A stretch of 62,076 nt of DNA, filler included, from an uncultured bacterium (GTDB taxonomy: Bacteria; Hinthialibacterota; Hinthialibacteria; Hinthialibacterales; Hinthialibacteraceae): NCBI GenBank assembly GCA_964449065.1. It is 12 parts of 12 records of this genome, joined end to end, with 100 filler letters (N's around TTAATTAATTAA, not from the genome) between each part and the next. Parts side by side here need not be neighbours in the genome. Positions count along the whole stretch, not along the records: positions 41,830 to 46,867 come from CAYVAZ010000357.1; positions 46,968 to 51,974 come from CAYVAZ010000358.1; positions 52,075 to 57,055 come from CAYVAZ010000359.1; 9 more parts are not named here. One strand, given 5' to 3'. Both the position numbers and the translations under genes were made by a program. Of this stretch, positions 42,501 to 52,279 are shown one piece after another; within the stretch, counting starts at the first letter, position 1; every line of letters starts with the position of its first letter. Under the pieces are notes generated by a model, which was not told the origin of the DNA, made no database searches, and worked only from the letters and a program-made list of their open reading frames with translations.

Positions 42501-42660
42501 CTAACAGCTACCGTTTGAAGTGATTCTGGATGGAAAAGGAGGAAGTGTTCTGATGCAGATATAATTAGAGAGTGCTGTTACAAATGTGGTGATGGGGTTG
42601 TAGCCCCGGCGTTTCAGAGTGCGAAAGACCGTCATCAAAATCGATTGCTTCTGTGGCCCG
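42501..42660 (-). pseudogene. IS66-family transposase C-terminal remnant
   Basis: QSILMTVFRTLKRRGYNPI...LPP resembles TnpC C-termini. Confidence 0.6.
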
Positions 42661-42689
42661 CAGTTCATCCCTACATACGTGGGGAATAC
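42661..42689 (-). CRISPR. Solitary type I-E-like CRISPR repeat (no array)
   Basis: Reverse complement GTATTCCCCACGTATGTAGGGATGAACTG (29 nt) follows the I-E pattern GTRTTCCCC.CG...G.GGGG.T.AACCG; single copy. Confidence 0.6.
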
Positions 42690-42728
42690 CCAATTCCTTA
42701 CGCGCGGGCAGTAGGAATAAGAAAGCCG

Positions 42729-42757
42729 TTGACACTTGTTGTCAAATATGACATCAT
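42729..42757 (+). promoter_or_regulatory. TA promoter/operator, possibly leaderless transcript
   Basis: TTGACA-17 nt-CATCAT; palindrome TGTCA-AATA-TGACA; ATG 7 nt downstream with no SD. Confidence 0.5.
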
Positions 42758-42763
42758 ACTTGT

Positions 42764-43111
42764 ATGGATATTGAAACCAGACCGATCTCATGGGTAAAAG
42801 CCGCTCTCAAGGAATTCCGCAATTTTCCAGAGGGTGCACAAGCAAGGTTCTTTACCGCTCTGGATATCGCGGCGGAAGGTGAAAAATCCGATATCGTCAA
42901 ACCCATGAAAGGTTTGGGATCAGGTGTGTTTGAAATTGCTTTGAAGTATCAAACCGACGCATACCGTGTCGTGTATGCCGTGCAAATTGATGACCGGATT
43001 TGGGTTGTTCACGCATTCAAGAAAAAATCTAAAACGGGCATTAAAACACCCAAGCAAGAGATCGACCAGATCAAAGAGCGCATTGAAAAATTGAAGGAGA
43101 TGTTCAAATGA
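42764..43111 (+). CDS. RelE/ParE (Gp49-like) toxin
   Basis: KPMKGLGSGVFEI...AYRVVY...VHAFKKKS..GIKTP. Confidence 0.9.
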   Translation: MDIETRPISWVKAALKEFRNFPEGAQARFFTALDIAAEGEKSDIVKPMKGLGSGVFEIALKYQTDAYRVVYAVQIDDRIWVVHAFKKKSKTGIKTPKQEIDQIKERIEKLKEMFK

Positions 43112-43431
43112 GTGATAAATTAGAAGTAGTTCATGGAAGCGGCAATGTGTGGAGAGATTTTGACTACCCTGATGCGGATATCAGACAAGCCAAAAGCATT
43201 ATTGCGGCAAAAATTATTGGCATATTAGATCATAAAAAACTCACCATCCGTAAAGCCGAAAAACAAACCGGATTTGCCGCAGCTGATTTCTCCCGTGTGC
43301 GCAATGCTGACTTAGGGCGTTTTACTTTGGATCGCCTCATCCGCATGCTCAACACTCTTGACCAAGAATTAGAGGTCAATGTGACCATAGAACCTCGTCA
43401 TCAATCGGAAAATCGGTTTGTCCCTGTCTAA
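43108..43431 (+). CDS. XRE/HTH_37 antitoxin
   Basis: GSGNVWRD...ADFSRVRN..LGRFTLDRL; ATGA overlap with the toxin. Confidence 0.88.
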   Translation: MSDKLEVVHGSGNVWRDFDYPDADIRQAKSIIAAKIIGILDHKKLTIRKAEKQTGFAAADFSRVRNADLGRFTLDRLIRMLNTLDQELEVNVTIEPRHQSENRFVPV

Positions 43432-43488
43432 AAACGAAGTGGGGTTTCAACGATTGAGTCAAGCAAATTTAAATTTTATCATCTGCGT

Positions 43489-43610
43489 CTAGGGCGTGTC
43501 ATCAATTAGCGTTTCCATAATTTTCCGGATTCACAGAAGAATCAGATTGTGATTCACTGTTTATAGGCCATGGGAGGGGCTTATGAATGGTGAGACGCTA
43601 CGGATTGCGG
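43489..43610 (+). mobile_element. IS5-family left-end remnant
   Basis: CTAG-GGCGTGTCATCAAT terminus followed by transposase-like start MVRRYGLR, then truncated. Confidence 0.5.
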
Positions 43611-44245
43611 GCTATGATGTCCGAAACTGGGGAAAAATTCTCGCTGAACAGGATAACTTTATTGAAGAGCAAATAGCACTGGCGAAAAAATGTATGAAGC
43701 CTAAAACGTCTTGAATATGGCAGAGCATTTGTTTATTTCTAGACACTGAGAATTAACAAAAAACATCGTTTAGACATGAAATCTCAGTTTCGCCTGGCAG
43801 CAGATATTCGGAAGATCAATGAAGAGTTTCGTGACAATGATGAATCTCACCTTTGGCCGATTAACGGCCGTTTCAACGTAACTCACCAAAGAATAATCCT
43901 GTTATAACGCTATAACAATACAACAGTAAAATAATGATATTTGTATTGATTCCAGGAATATGGCAGTGGGTGGCAACCCCGTATTTAAAGGGGGCGTTGC
44001 GGGGTCTCCCCGCTGGAATGGGGTGCGGTGAAACCGGCTTTATCGGTTGAACCCAGGGGAAAGGCTTTTCCCCCTTACATCCAGGTGATAATTTCTTTAG
44101 GTTTTCAGGAATTGAGTAGAGATTATTTTCCATTGGATAAATCTACACCGAACATGGAAATCTTGACGGGGTAGGAATGCGAATCCATAAATAGCGAAAT
44201 TGCTAAAAAGCGATTTCGCGGCATAGAAGGCAAGGGGAGAATACA

Positions 44246-46867
44246 TTGAACATGCTTCTCGATAATAAAAAGAACGGAAAAGTGGGGGATACACTGCGCA
44301 AGCATTTGATCACCGACTCAAAACTATCGGTGATATCCGGTCTGTTTTCAATCTACGGGTATGAATCTCTCAAAAAAGAACTCAAGCAAATCAATAGTCT
44401 TCGTCTGCTTTTATCACATGATGATATATCAACCGATAAGCCTTTGCCATGTCTGACCGGGGATCGGTTTGAACTACAGTTTCGAAATCAATTAAACCAA
44501 GTCCAGATTGCCAAAGAATGTGCGCGTTGGCTGGCCGAGAAAGCAGAAGTACGCATTGCAAGTAATCCAGCCGCTATTGGTCAAAACCTTTTTCATGTTC
44601 AGAGTGATGCGGATAAAGCCATCGCGATACAGGGGAGTTCTCAATTCACATGCGAAGGATTGGGGTATGTAGAATCCAATAACTATCACATGAACACTTG
44701 CATTTTGGATGCAGAACACACAGCTGCTATGCTTGGCTGGTTTGAAACCATCTGGAATGATCCATCTGCTGTTAAGGACGCAAAAACGTTTCTTCTAAAA
44801 CAACTCGACAATCTGATTCAGGATCAATCCCCCGAATTTGTTTATTTCTTAACCTTATATAATTTATTCAAGGATTTTCTCGAAGAGATCGACGAAGAAA
44901 ATATCATCAAAACCAAGACCGGTTTCAAAGAAACCTTAATCTGGAAGAAACTCTATCAATTTCAACGGGAAGGGGTACTGGGAGCCATTGATAAACTGGA
45001 AAAATACAATGGCTGTATCATTGCGGATAGTGTGGGGTTGGGTAAAACTTTCGAAGCATTAGCCGTCATCAAATATTACGAACTGCGCAACGACCGGGTA
45101 CTGGTATTGTGCCCCAAAAAATTACGGGAAAACTGGACGGTCTATACCATCAACGACAAGCGGAATTTGTTGGCGGCGGATCGTTTCAACTATAATGTTC
45201 TCAATCATACCGATTTAACGCGGTTAAAAGGTCGATCCGGTGAAATCAATCTCGAAACCATTAACTGGGGCAATTACGATCTTGTCGTCATCGAAGAATC
45301 CCACAATTTCAGAAATCACAATTCCGCAAAAGAGGGACTAAGCCGCTATTCCCGCCTGATGGATGAAATCATTCGTTCAGGTGTCAAAACCAAAGTTCTG
45401 ATGTTGTCGGCAACGCCGGTCAATAACCGGATGAACGATCTTAAAAACCAAGTAGCCTTCATCACCGAAGGGATAGACCAGGCTTACTCTGATTACGGTA
45501 TTTCGAGCATAGAGCAAACATTGAAAAAAGCCCAAACCCGGTTCAACCAGTGGCTCAAACAGCCAGACCAGGAACGCACGGTGGAAACGCTGCTCGACAG
45601 CATGAATTTTGATTATTTCAAACTTCTCGATATCTTGACGATTGCACGGTCACGCAAACACTTGGAAAAATACTACGATATGGCGGAAATTGGAGAGTTT
45701 CCGGAGCGGTTGAAACCGATAAACATTAAAGAAGATATCGATACCGAAGACCACTTCCCGCCGTTGAAGGACATCAACCGTACCATTCGTCGCTTACATC
45801 TCAGTGCCTATTCCCCATTAAAATATGTACGTGCAGAAAAACGACCGGAATACAGCCGGAAATATGATATTCAGGTCAAAGGGGGAGCCTCGGTTTTCAG
45901 GCATGTGGATCGTGAAGAAAGCCTCATTCACCTTATGCGCGTCAATCTGCTCAAACGGATGGAAAGTTCAATTCATTCTTTCAGCCTTACAGTGGAAAAA
46001 CTATTGCGGGAAGTGAACCATCTTTTGGAGAAACTTGAAAACCACGCCAGTAATGATATCGAAGAAATGGGTATCGAAGATATTGAGGTTGATTCACCGG
46101 AATTCGATGATTTTCTGATTGGCAGGAAGGTCAAAGTCCTCATCAAGGATATGGATGAAGTCCGATGGAAGCAGGATTTGGAAGAAGACCGTACCAAACT
46201 GACCGAGTTATTAAATGAGGCGCGAAACATTCACGCAAGCCGTGACGCCAAATTGCACCGGTTGCGTGCGGTGATTGAACACAAATGCCAGCATCCCGTC
46301 AATGAGGGCAACAAGAAAATCCTCGTATTCACCGCGTTTACGGATACAGCCAACTACCTGTACGAACATTTGGCGCAATGGGCAAACGAAACTTTGGGTA
46401 TCTATAGTGCCCAGATCACCGGAACCGGAACCAACAAAACGAACATGCCTGGTTCAAGCACCCACTTTGATACGCTGCTCACCGCCTTTTCACCCGTATC
46501 AAAAGAGCGGCACAAAATTGATGAAACCGCAACGGATGAAATTGACCTGTTAATCGCGACCGATTGCATATCGGAAGGGCAAAACCTTCAGGATTGTGAT
46601 TATCTCGTCAACTATGACATTCATTGGAATCCGGTTCGCATCATTCAACGCTTTGGGCGCATTGACCGGCTTGGCTCCAAGAACAAGGTCATTCAGCTGG
46701 TCAACTTTTGGCCGAACATGGAACTGGATGAATACATCAATCTGGAAGCGCGTGTGAGTGGCCGCATGGTGCTTTTGGATATTTCTGCCACGGGAGAAGA
46801 AAACGTCATAGAAGAAGATGAGACAGGAAAAATGAACGATCTGGAATACCGACGGAAGCAACTGGAA
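44246..46867 (+). CDS. PLD-like + SNF2/SF2 helicase (restriction/defence-associated family), 3' truncated
   Basis: FSIYGY and GSSQFT N-domain; ADSVGLGKT, IEESH, LSATP, ATDCISEGQNLQ and QRFGRIDR motifs. Confidence 0.88.
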
Positions 46868-46967
46868 NNNNNNNNNNNNNNNNNNNNNNNNNNNNNNNNN
46901 NNNNNNNNNNNTTAATTAATTAANNNNNNNNNNNNNNNNNNNNNNNNNNNNNNNNNNNNNNNNNNNN

Positions 46968-47054
46968 GACGGCTGGCTATCCGTTGTTCCCCCCCTTGTT
47001 AAGGGGGGCTAGGGGGGATCGATACCCGTCAATAAAACGTTGACACTGTACTAG
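46968..47054 (+). repeat. MITE-like family A, partial; its terminal CTAG overlaps the xerC stop codon
   Basis: ...ttgacactgta-CTAG; CTA at 47051 is the minus-strand TAG. Confidence 0.85.
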
Positions 47055-48040
47055 GTCTTTTTGTTTCGGGGATGGCTGGTTTGATAGACTTCCTGCATTC
47101 GATTGAGGGTGACATGGGTGTATTGCTGAGTGGTAGAGAGGCTGCTGTGACCCAGCATTTCTTGCACAAAACGTAAATCGGCACCGTTTTCAAGCAGATG
47201 TGTCGCGCAGGAATGGCGTAGTGTGTGAGGTGTGGTTTTGCCGGTACCCTTGGCGAGCGCGTATTTTTTGAGACGGTATTGAACCGCGCGCGGGGTTAGG
47301 CGTTCACCGAATTTGCCTAAAAAGAGAGCTTGAGGACACTTTTTATTGCGTTGGGTTTCGGGGGTATTCAATAGCTCTTCGCGAAGTTTCAAATAGTCTT
47401 GAATGGCTTGCAGGGCTGCGTTTCCTAAGGGTAAAAATTGTTCTTTGCGGCCTTTGGCAATAATGTGGACGGTTGCTTTTTCGGTATCGAGATCCGTTAA
47501 ATTGATATTGACCAAGGAGGATACCCTCATTCCCGTGGCGTAGAGTGTCTCAAGCATGGCACGGTCGCGCAGCTCCAGGGCTTGTTTATGGGCGGTTTGC
47601 GGTGTTGGCGATTCGACAAAAGATTCGGCGCGTTCTTGATCGAGGAATTCGGGGAGACGTTTTGCTTCTTTCATGAAACGGAGTGATTCGACCGGATTTT
47701 GGGTGATAACGCCTTCATGTGTAAGATACAAAAAGAATGAGCGTAACGATGCCAGCCTGCGGTTGATGGAACGGGGCTGATTGCCTTTATCCAGCAAGTA
47801 AGACATGAATCCGCGGACGGCCAAGGCATCAGCCGTGTGGACCCTGATATCGGGTGGTTCAGTTTCGTCAATTGGATAGCCCGATTCGATCATATAATCG
47901 CGAAAGCGTTCGACATCGCGCCGGTAATTCATCACGGTGTGCGGCGAGCGTAATCGTTCTTCGCGCAGAAAGTTGGCGAATTGCTGGATGGCGGTTTTCA
48001 TCATCATGGCCGAGTTCCCCATCCGATTAGTATCGGTCAA
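47051..48040 (-). CDS. xerC: Tyrosine recombinase XerC
   Basis: SPHTV.NY..D, RRLASLRSFF, LYATGMRVS, HTLRHSCATHLL and LGHSSLSTTQQY motifs (true start probably ~48007). Confidence 0.85.
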   Translation of the reverse strand: MTDTNRMGNSAMMMKTAIQQFANFLREERLRSPHTVMNYRRDVERFRDYMIESGYPIDETEPPDIRVHTADALAVRGFMSYLLDKGNQPRSINRRLASLRSFFLYLTHEGVITQNPVESLRFMKEAKRLPEFLDQERAESFVESPTPQTAHKQALELRDRAMLETLYATGMRVSSLVNINLTDLDTEKATVHIIAKGRKEQFLPLGNAALQAIQDYLKLREELLNTPETQRNKKCPQALFLGKFGERLTPRAVQYRLKKYALAKGTGKTTPHTLRHSCATHLLENGADLRFVQEMLGHSSLSTTQQYTHVTLNRMQEVYQTSHPRNKKT

Positions 48041-48127
48041 GTGGAATTATAATTGAATCTGTTTTCGTTTGTATTGAGCCGCGAACGCACGCGAGTCACG
48101 CGATGATGAATTGAAACCCAATCCAAC

Positions 48128-48523
48128 TCACTCTTTCCCCGCCGCGTCCAGCACGCTGTCTTCCACATAGATGGTGCTGTTGGAGCGCACGGCGACGGCG
48201 ACCGCGTCGCTGGGGCGGGCATCGACATCGACATCCTGCCCGTTGATGTTGAAATGAATGCGCGCGTAAAAGGTGGTTTCGCGCAGATCATTCACGATAA
48301 CATAGCGGATATCGGCATCCAGCGCGTAGATAATGTTCACCAACAAATCGTGGGTTAATGGACGTTGAATGTGAATGTCATTCAGCGCCAAATGAATCGA
48401 CTGCGCTTCGTAATAGCCGATCATAATCGGCAGAATGCGGTTGCCGTCTTTCTCTTTCAAGATCACGATCTGGTCGGCGCCCGATTCATCCAGCCGCAAT
48501 TCAAACAGTTCCATTTCGATCAT
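48128..48523 (-). CDS. Bifunctional nuclease family protein (DUF151)
   Basis: LPIMIG..EA, RPLTHDL and DARPSDA motifs. Confidence 0.92.
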   Translation of the reverse strand: MIEMELFELRLDESGADQIVILKEKDGNRILPIMIGYYEAQSIHLALNDIHIQRPLTHDLLVNIIYALDADIRYVIVNDLRETTFYARIHFNINGQDVDVDARPSDAVAVAVRSNSTIYVEDSVLDAAGKE

Positions 48524-48544
48524 CAGTCCTTCCCCTCCATCTAC

Positions 48545-49138
48545 TTACGCCGGCGCGGAACCAAACGAAACCCCAAGTTTATCCAATATCTTGGATAATT
48601 CCAAAACCGGCAGCCCCACGATGTTTTCATACGAGCCTTTAATCTCTTTGACAAACTTCTTGGCTTGACCTTGAATGCCGTACGACCCGGCTTTGTCCAT
48701 CGGTTCACCGGTGGCCACATATTCCTCAATCTCATCCATCCGCAAATCCTTAAAATGCACATACGATTGCACCGCGCGGTTTTCGGTAAAGTCGCGGTCT
48801 TGGATGACCACGCTGATGCCGGTCCATACCTCATGCCATTGATTGGACAGCATTCCCAAGACCAGTTTGGCTTCATCGGGGGTGGACGGTTTCCCCAAGA
48901 TACGTTCATTGACCGCCACAACCGTATCCGCGCCGATGACAATGTGGGATGGGTATTGTTCGGCAACCGCCGTGGCTTTTTCAAACGCGGTACGAACCGC
49001 GTAGGTATTGGGGCGTTCATCCATCGGCGGCATTTCTTCCAACCGGCTGGGAACCACTTCAAACGAAATGCCCAATTTATCCAATAACTGTTTGCGCCGC
49101 GGTGATTGGCTTGCAAGAATTATGGGTGGTGTATTCAT
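48545..49138 (-). CDS. maf: Maf/YhdE nucleotide pyrophosphatase
   Basis: ILASQSPRR, GADTVV, LGKP and DKAGSYGIQ motifs. Confidence 0.93.
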   Translation of the reverse strand: MNTPPIILASQSPRRKQLLDKLGISFEVVPSRLEEMPPMDERPNTYAVRTAFEKATAVAEQYPSHIVIGADTVVAVNERILGKPSTPDEAKLVLGMLSNQWHEVWTGISVVIQDRDFTENRAVQSYVHFKDLRMDEIEEYVATGEPMDKAGSYGIQGQAKKFVKEIKGSYENIVGLPVLELSKILDKLGVSFGSAPA

Positions 49139-49165
49139 AACGTTTTCTTTAGTTTTTGTTTGGTT

Positions 49166-49279
49166 TAGAGCGTTTCAGAGTTGGATTGACAGAATCTGTC
49201 GTTGTCCCCCCCCTCATTAAGGGAGGTAGGGGGGATCAAAGACGATCTCTTTCTATCTACTCAAGCCTGAATTACTCTA
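49166..49279 (+). mobile_element. MITE-like family B shell carrying a family-A-type hairpin
   Basis: TA-gagcgtttcagagttg ... caagcctgaattactc-TA around cccccctcattaagggaggtagggggga. Confidence 0.7.
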
Positions 49280-49386
49280 GTACTTTGTCAATCAAAAAAT
49301 GACGACTGGCTATCCGTTGTTCCCCCCTTGTTAAGGGGGGCTAGGGGGGATCGATACCCGCCAATAAATCGTTGACACTGTACTAG
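49277..49386 (+). mobile_element. MITE-like family A, complete
   Basis: CTAG-tactttgtcaa...ttgacactgta-CTAG. Confidence 0.85.
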
Positions 49387-49458
49387 TATAAAATCGATCA
49401 CGGTCAAATCGAAGTGTGCATAGAATTTGTTCTTCCTCACATCATATCTTCTAAACGA

Positions 49459-49486
49459 GAAAAGGCATGGTCGCCCATGCCTTTTC
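49459..49486 (-). terminator. Intrinsic terminator-like hairpin
   Basis: gaaaaggcatgg-tcgc-ccatgccttttc downstream of the 49507 ORF. Confidence 0.65.
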
Positions 49487-49506
49487 ATTCATCTCTTCTT
49501 TGATTG

Positions 49507-49950
49507 TTATCCCAGAACGTTAATATTTCCGCCCCGGGATAATTCGGATGTTGCGGATGTACCAACCGGTGGAGGTCCCGCGTTCACCCCCGGCGCGGTT
49601 CCTGCTTGTGGATTTGCTGCTTCCGGTGTTTCCGGAGACACGTTGAATTGCTGTGATTCCGGCGCGGTTGCGGTAGACGGCGTAAACGAATCCGCTTCAG
49701 ATAGCAATGCAGGGGCACTTCCAGGATCGGAGGCGTTTAATGCTGCTTCACTAATCTGAACCGTATCGGTACCGTTTGTTTCGGTCGGCGTAGAAGGCTG
49801 AGGAGGATTTGTTGTTGTTTGTTCCGGCCCCCGTGTAACCGGTGCGACCGGTGATACCGGAAATGTTGCCGTTCTATCCGCTGGAAAAGCAGCCCGGTCT
49901 GGATTACCAGGTATTTGTGTCGGTCCCGCTACCATCGCATTCATCTCCAA
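49507..49950 (-). CDS. Pro/Thr/Ala-rich low-complexity hypothetical protein
   Basis: Co-oriented downstream of nfi; DTVQISEAA and C-terminal GGNINVLG motifs. Confidence 0.55.
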   Translation of the reverse strand: MEMNAMVAGPTQIPGNPDRAAFPADRTATFPVSPVAPVTRGPEQTTTNPPQPSTPTETNGTDTVQISEAALNASDPGSAPALLSEADSFTPSTATAPESQQFNVSPETPEAANPQAGTAPGVNAGPPPVGTSATSELSRGGNINVLG

Positions 49951-49962
49951 AAAAAGTATTTT

Positions 49963-50661
49963 TTACATTATAACGGTTTTTTTTCGGGATGCAACTTTTT
50001 CATTCGCTTTAATGCGAATCTCATTCACGAGATGATGTACCGCCCGGATGGGCTCCGGCTGGCGGTATTTGGTGCAGAGTGAAAGGATTAATGTAGTGGC
50101 CATTTCAAACGTGATTTGATGCCCCGGACTGATATACAAGGGTTTGACAGCATCCCGCGTGCGCACCACTTCACCGATCTTATCCCCGTTCAACATCAGG
50201 TCACTTCGGCTGGCTTTTTCTATGCCCGGCTCTTGATACTCACCGACCAAGCGGGACTTTCCACAACCAACCGTCACCATGTTATTTTGCACACCGATAT
50301 AAGTGGCAATACCGCAGCGGCGGGGGTGCGCGATTCCCTGCCCGTCACAAACAAGCACATCCGGTTTCACCTTAAGTTTGTCTAAACAAGTTTGGATGAG
50401 GGGCGCTTCGCGGAAAGAAAGATATCCCGGAATATAGGGCAACGGCAATATGCCCGAATAAGTGGTTTGATCCAGCAGAGTTAAATCCGGATACGAAAAT
50501 ACCATGACTGCAGCATACCCTATTTGAGCAAAACGGTTGGATGAAATATCCGCCGCCCCAACAGTTTTGATATCCCGCAAGGATGAATATTTGTTGGTGA
50601 GGCTTGCCTGCTTGGCTATTTCATCCTGCTGAATTCGGAGTTCCCCGATTTTGTATGTCAT
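49963..50661 (-). CDS. nfi: Endonuclease V
   Basis: PYIPGYLSFRE, DGQGIAHPRRCGIA, YISPGH and YRQPEP motifs. Confidence 0.94.
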   Translation of the reverse strand: MTYKIGELRIQQDEIAKQASLTNKYSSLRDIKTVGAADISSNRFAQIGYAAVMVFSYPDLTLLDQTTYSGILPLPYIPGYLSFREAPLIQTCLDKLKVKPDVLVCDGQGIAHPRRCGIATYIGVQNNMVTVGCGKSRLVGEYQEPGIEKASRSDLMLNGDKIGEVVRTRDAVKPLYISPGHQITFEMATTLILSLCTKYRQPEPIRAVHHLVNEIRIKANEKVASRKKTVIM

Positions 50662-50664
50662 ACA

Positions 50665-51783
50665 CTACCGCTTTAAAATGGTTTTTAATGCCTCAAACAG
50701 CAAGTGTACATTTCGGGGCTGCGATGAATACCCCATTAATCCGATGCGCCATACTTTTCCCTTAAACTCACCCAGCCCGATACCGATTTCAATTCCGTAA
50801 TCATGCAAAAGTTGTTTGCGCACCTCGGCATCATCCACCCCATTTGGAATGGATACCGCGTTGAGTGTGGTCAGTTGATGGCCTTCCTGCGCGGAAAAGG
50901 GAATCCCCAATTCGCCCATTTTTTCACGCAGCAGTTGTGAGTTATGGCGGTGGCGTTCAAAGCGGGCTTCCAGGCCTTCTTCTAAAATGACACGCAGCGC
51001 TTCGCGCAGAGCATAGTTCATTGAGATGGGGGCGGTGTGGTGATACACCCGCTCATCCCCCCAATATTTGCTGAGCATGGTGAGATCCAAATACCAAGAC
51101 TGCACTTTGCTCTTGCGGTTTTGGATAACCTCCAACGCGCGGTCGCTGAAACTCACCGGAGCAAGCCCCGGTGGGCAGGATAAGCATTTTTGCGTGCCGC
51201 TATAAATGGCATCGATGCCCCAATCATCCACTTTCACTTCAATTCCGCTGAGTGAAGTGACCGTATCCACCAAAAACAAGGCGTCATGCTCATGCACGAT
51301 CTTTGAGATTTCTTCCAACGGCTGATGCACGCCGGTCGAAGTTTCGGCATGGACAATGCCAACCAGTTTCACATTCGAGAGCGAATCCAGTTTCTTCTTC
51401 ACTTCATCCGGTTCAATGATTCGCCCCCACGGCGCGTCTACCGTTTCCACCGTGCAGCCGCAGCGTTCGGCAATGTCGGTCATGCGCATCCCGAACACGC
51501 CGTTGCGGCAGATCAATACGGTATCGCCCGGCTCCAGCAGGTTGACCAAACAGGCTTCCATGCCGGAGCTGCCGGTGCCGGAAATGGGGATGGTCATTTG
51601 GTTCTTGGTTTGAAACACCGTGCGCAGCATCTGCTGCACTTCATCCATTATCCGCAAAAATTCCGGATCGAGATGCCCGATCATCGGCATCGACATGGCT
51701 TTCAACACACGCGGGTGGCAGTTGCTGGGACCGGGACCTAGAAGAATACGTTCACTGGGATTGAGTTCGGCAAAAGGGGTCAT
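50665..51783 (-). CDS. Alanine-glyoxylate/serine-pyruvate aminotransferase (class V PLP)
   Basis: [33 protein letters not shown] and YHHTAP motifs. Confidence 0.92.
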   Translation of the reverse strand: MTPFAELNPSERILLGPGPSNCHPRVLKAMSMPMIGHLDPEFLRIMDEVQQMLRTVFQTKNQMTIPISGTGSSGMEACLVNLLEPGDTVLICRNGVFGMRMTDIAERCGCTVETVDAPWGRIIEPDEVKKKLDSLSNVKLVGIVHAETSTGVHQPLEEISKIVHEHDALFLVDTVTSLSGIEVKVDDWGIDAIYSGTQKCLSCPPGLAPVSFSDRALEVIQNRKSKVQSWYLDLTMLSKYWGDERVYHHTAPISMNYALREALRVILEEGLEARFERHRHNSQLLREKMGELGIPFSAQEGHQLTTLNAVSIPNGVDDAEVRKQLLHDYGIEIGIGLGEFKGKVWRIGLMGYSSQPRNVHLLFEALKTILKR

Positions 51784-51823
51784 GATTTACGCTCTTTCCA
51801 TTACTTTTTCTAATACTTTTTTT

Positions 51824-51974
51824 CTAGTAGTCTGTCAATCATAAAATGACGGCTGGCTATCCGTGTTCCCCCCCTTGTTAAGGGGGGCTAGGGGGGATCG
51901 ATACCCGTCAATAAAACGTTGACACTGTACTAGTAGTCTGTCAATCAAAAAATGACGGCTGGTTATCCGTTGTT
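51824..51974 (+). mobile_element. Tandem family A elements sharing one CTAG (51930-51933)
   Basis: CTAG-tagtctgtcaa...ttgacactgta-CTAG-tagtctgtcaa... Confidence 0.85.
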
Positions 51975-52074
51975 NNNNNNNNNNNNNNNNNNNNNNNNNN
52001 NNNNNNNNNNNNNNNNNNTTAATTAATTAANNNNNNNNNNNNNNNNNNNNNNNNNNNNNNNNNNNNNNNNNNNN

Positions 52075-52175
52075 GGGAGGCTAGGTGGGGGTTAAACGCT
52101 CAGTGCTTCAAACCCTCCTCTAACTCCTCCCACCTTTGGAAGGGGGAATTTCTCTTCAAGTGGCTGACCTATTAC
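52075..52175 (+). repeat. Repeat family D (second copy 57156-57208)
   Basis: cctcccacctttgg(a/g)agggg.aatttctcttcaag.ggctgacctattac is shared. Confidence 0.75.
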
Positions 52176-52279
52176 CCTTTTTTTCCATCGTATCTTAAAA
52201 TTATACCGAAGTAGATTGCCTGTTTTCTTTATGGTATTTTGAGATTGAAAACATATTTAAGGTTTATGGGGAGATACAC

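Noticed and set aside
42661..42689. CRISPR array
   Set aside because: Only one repeat copy and no regular spacing; reported as a solitary repeat instead
47051..48040. Tyrosine recombinase as the integrase driving the TA arrays
   Set aside because: Housekeeping XerC-like sequence and context (DUF151, maf), on a different contig, with no IntI-specific insertion evident
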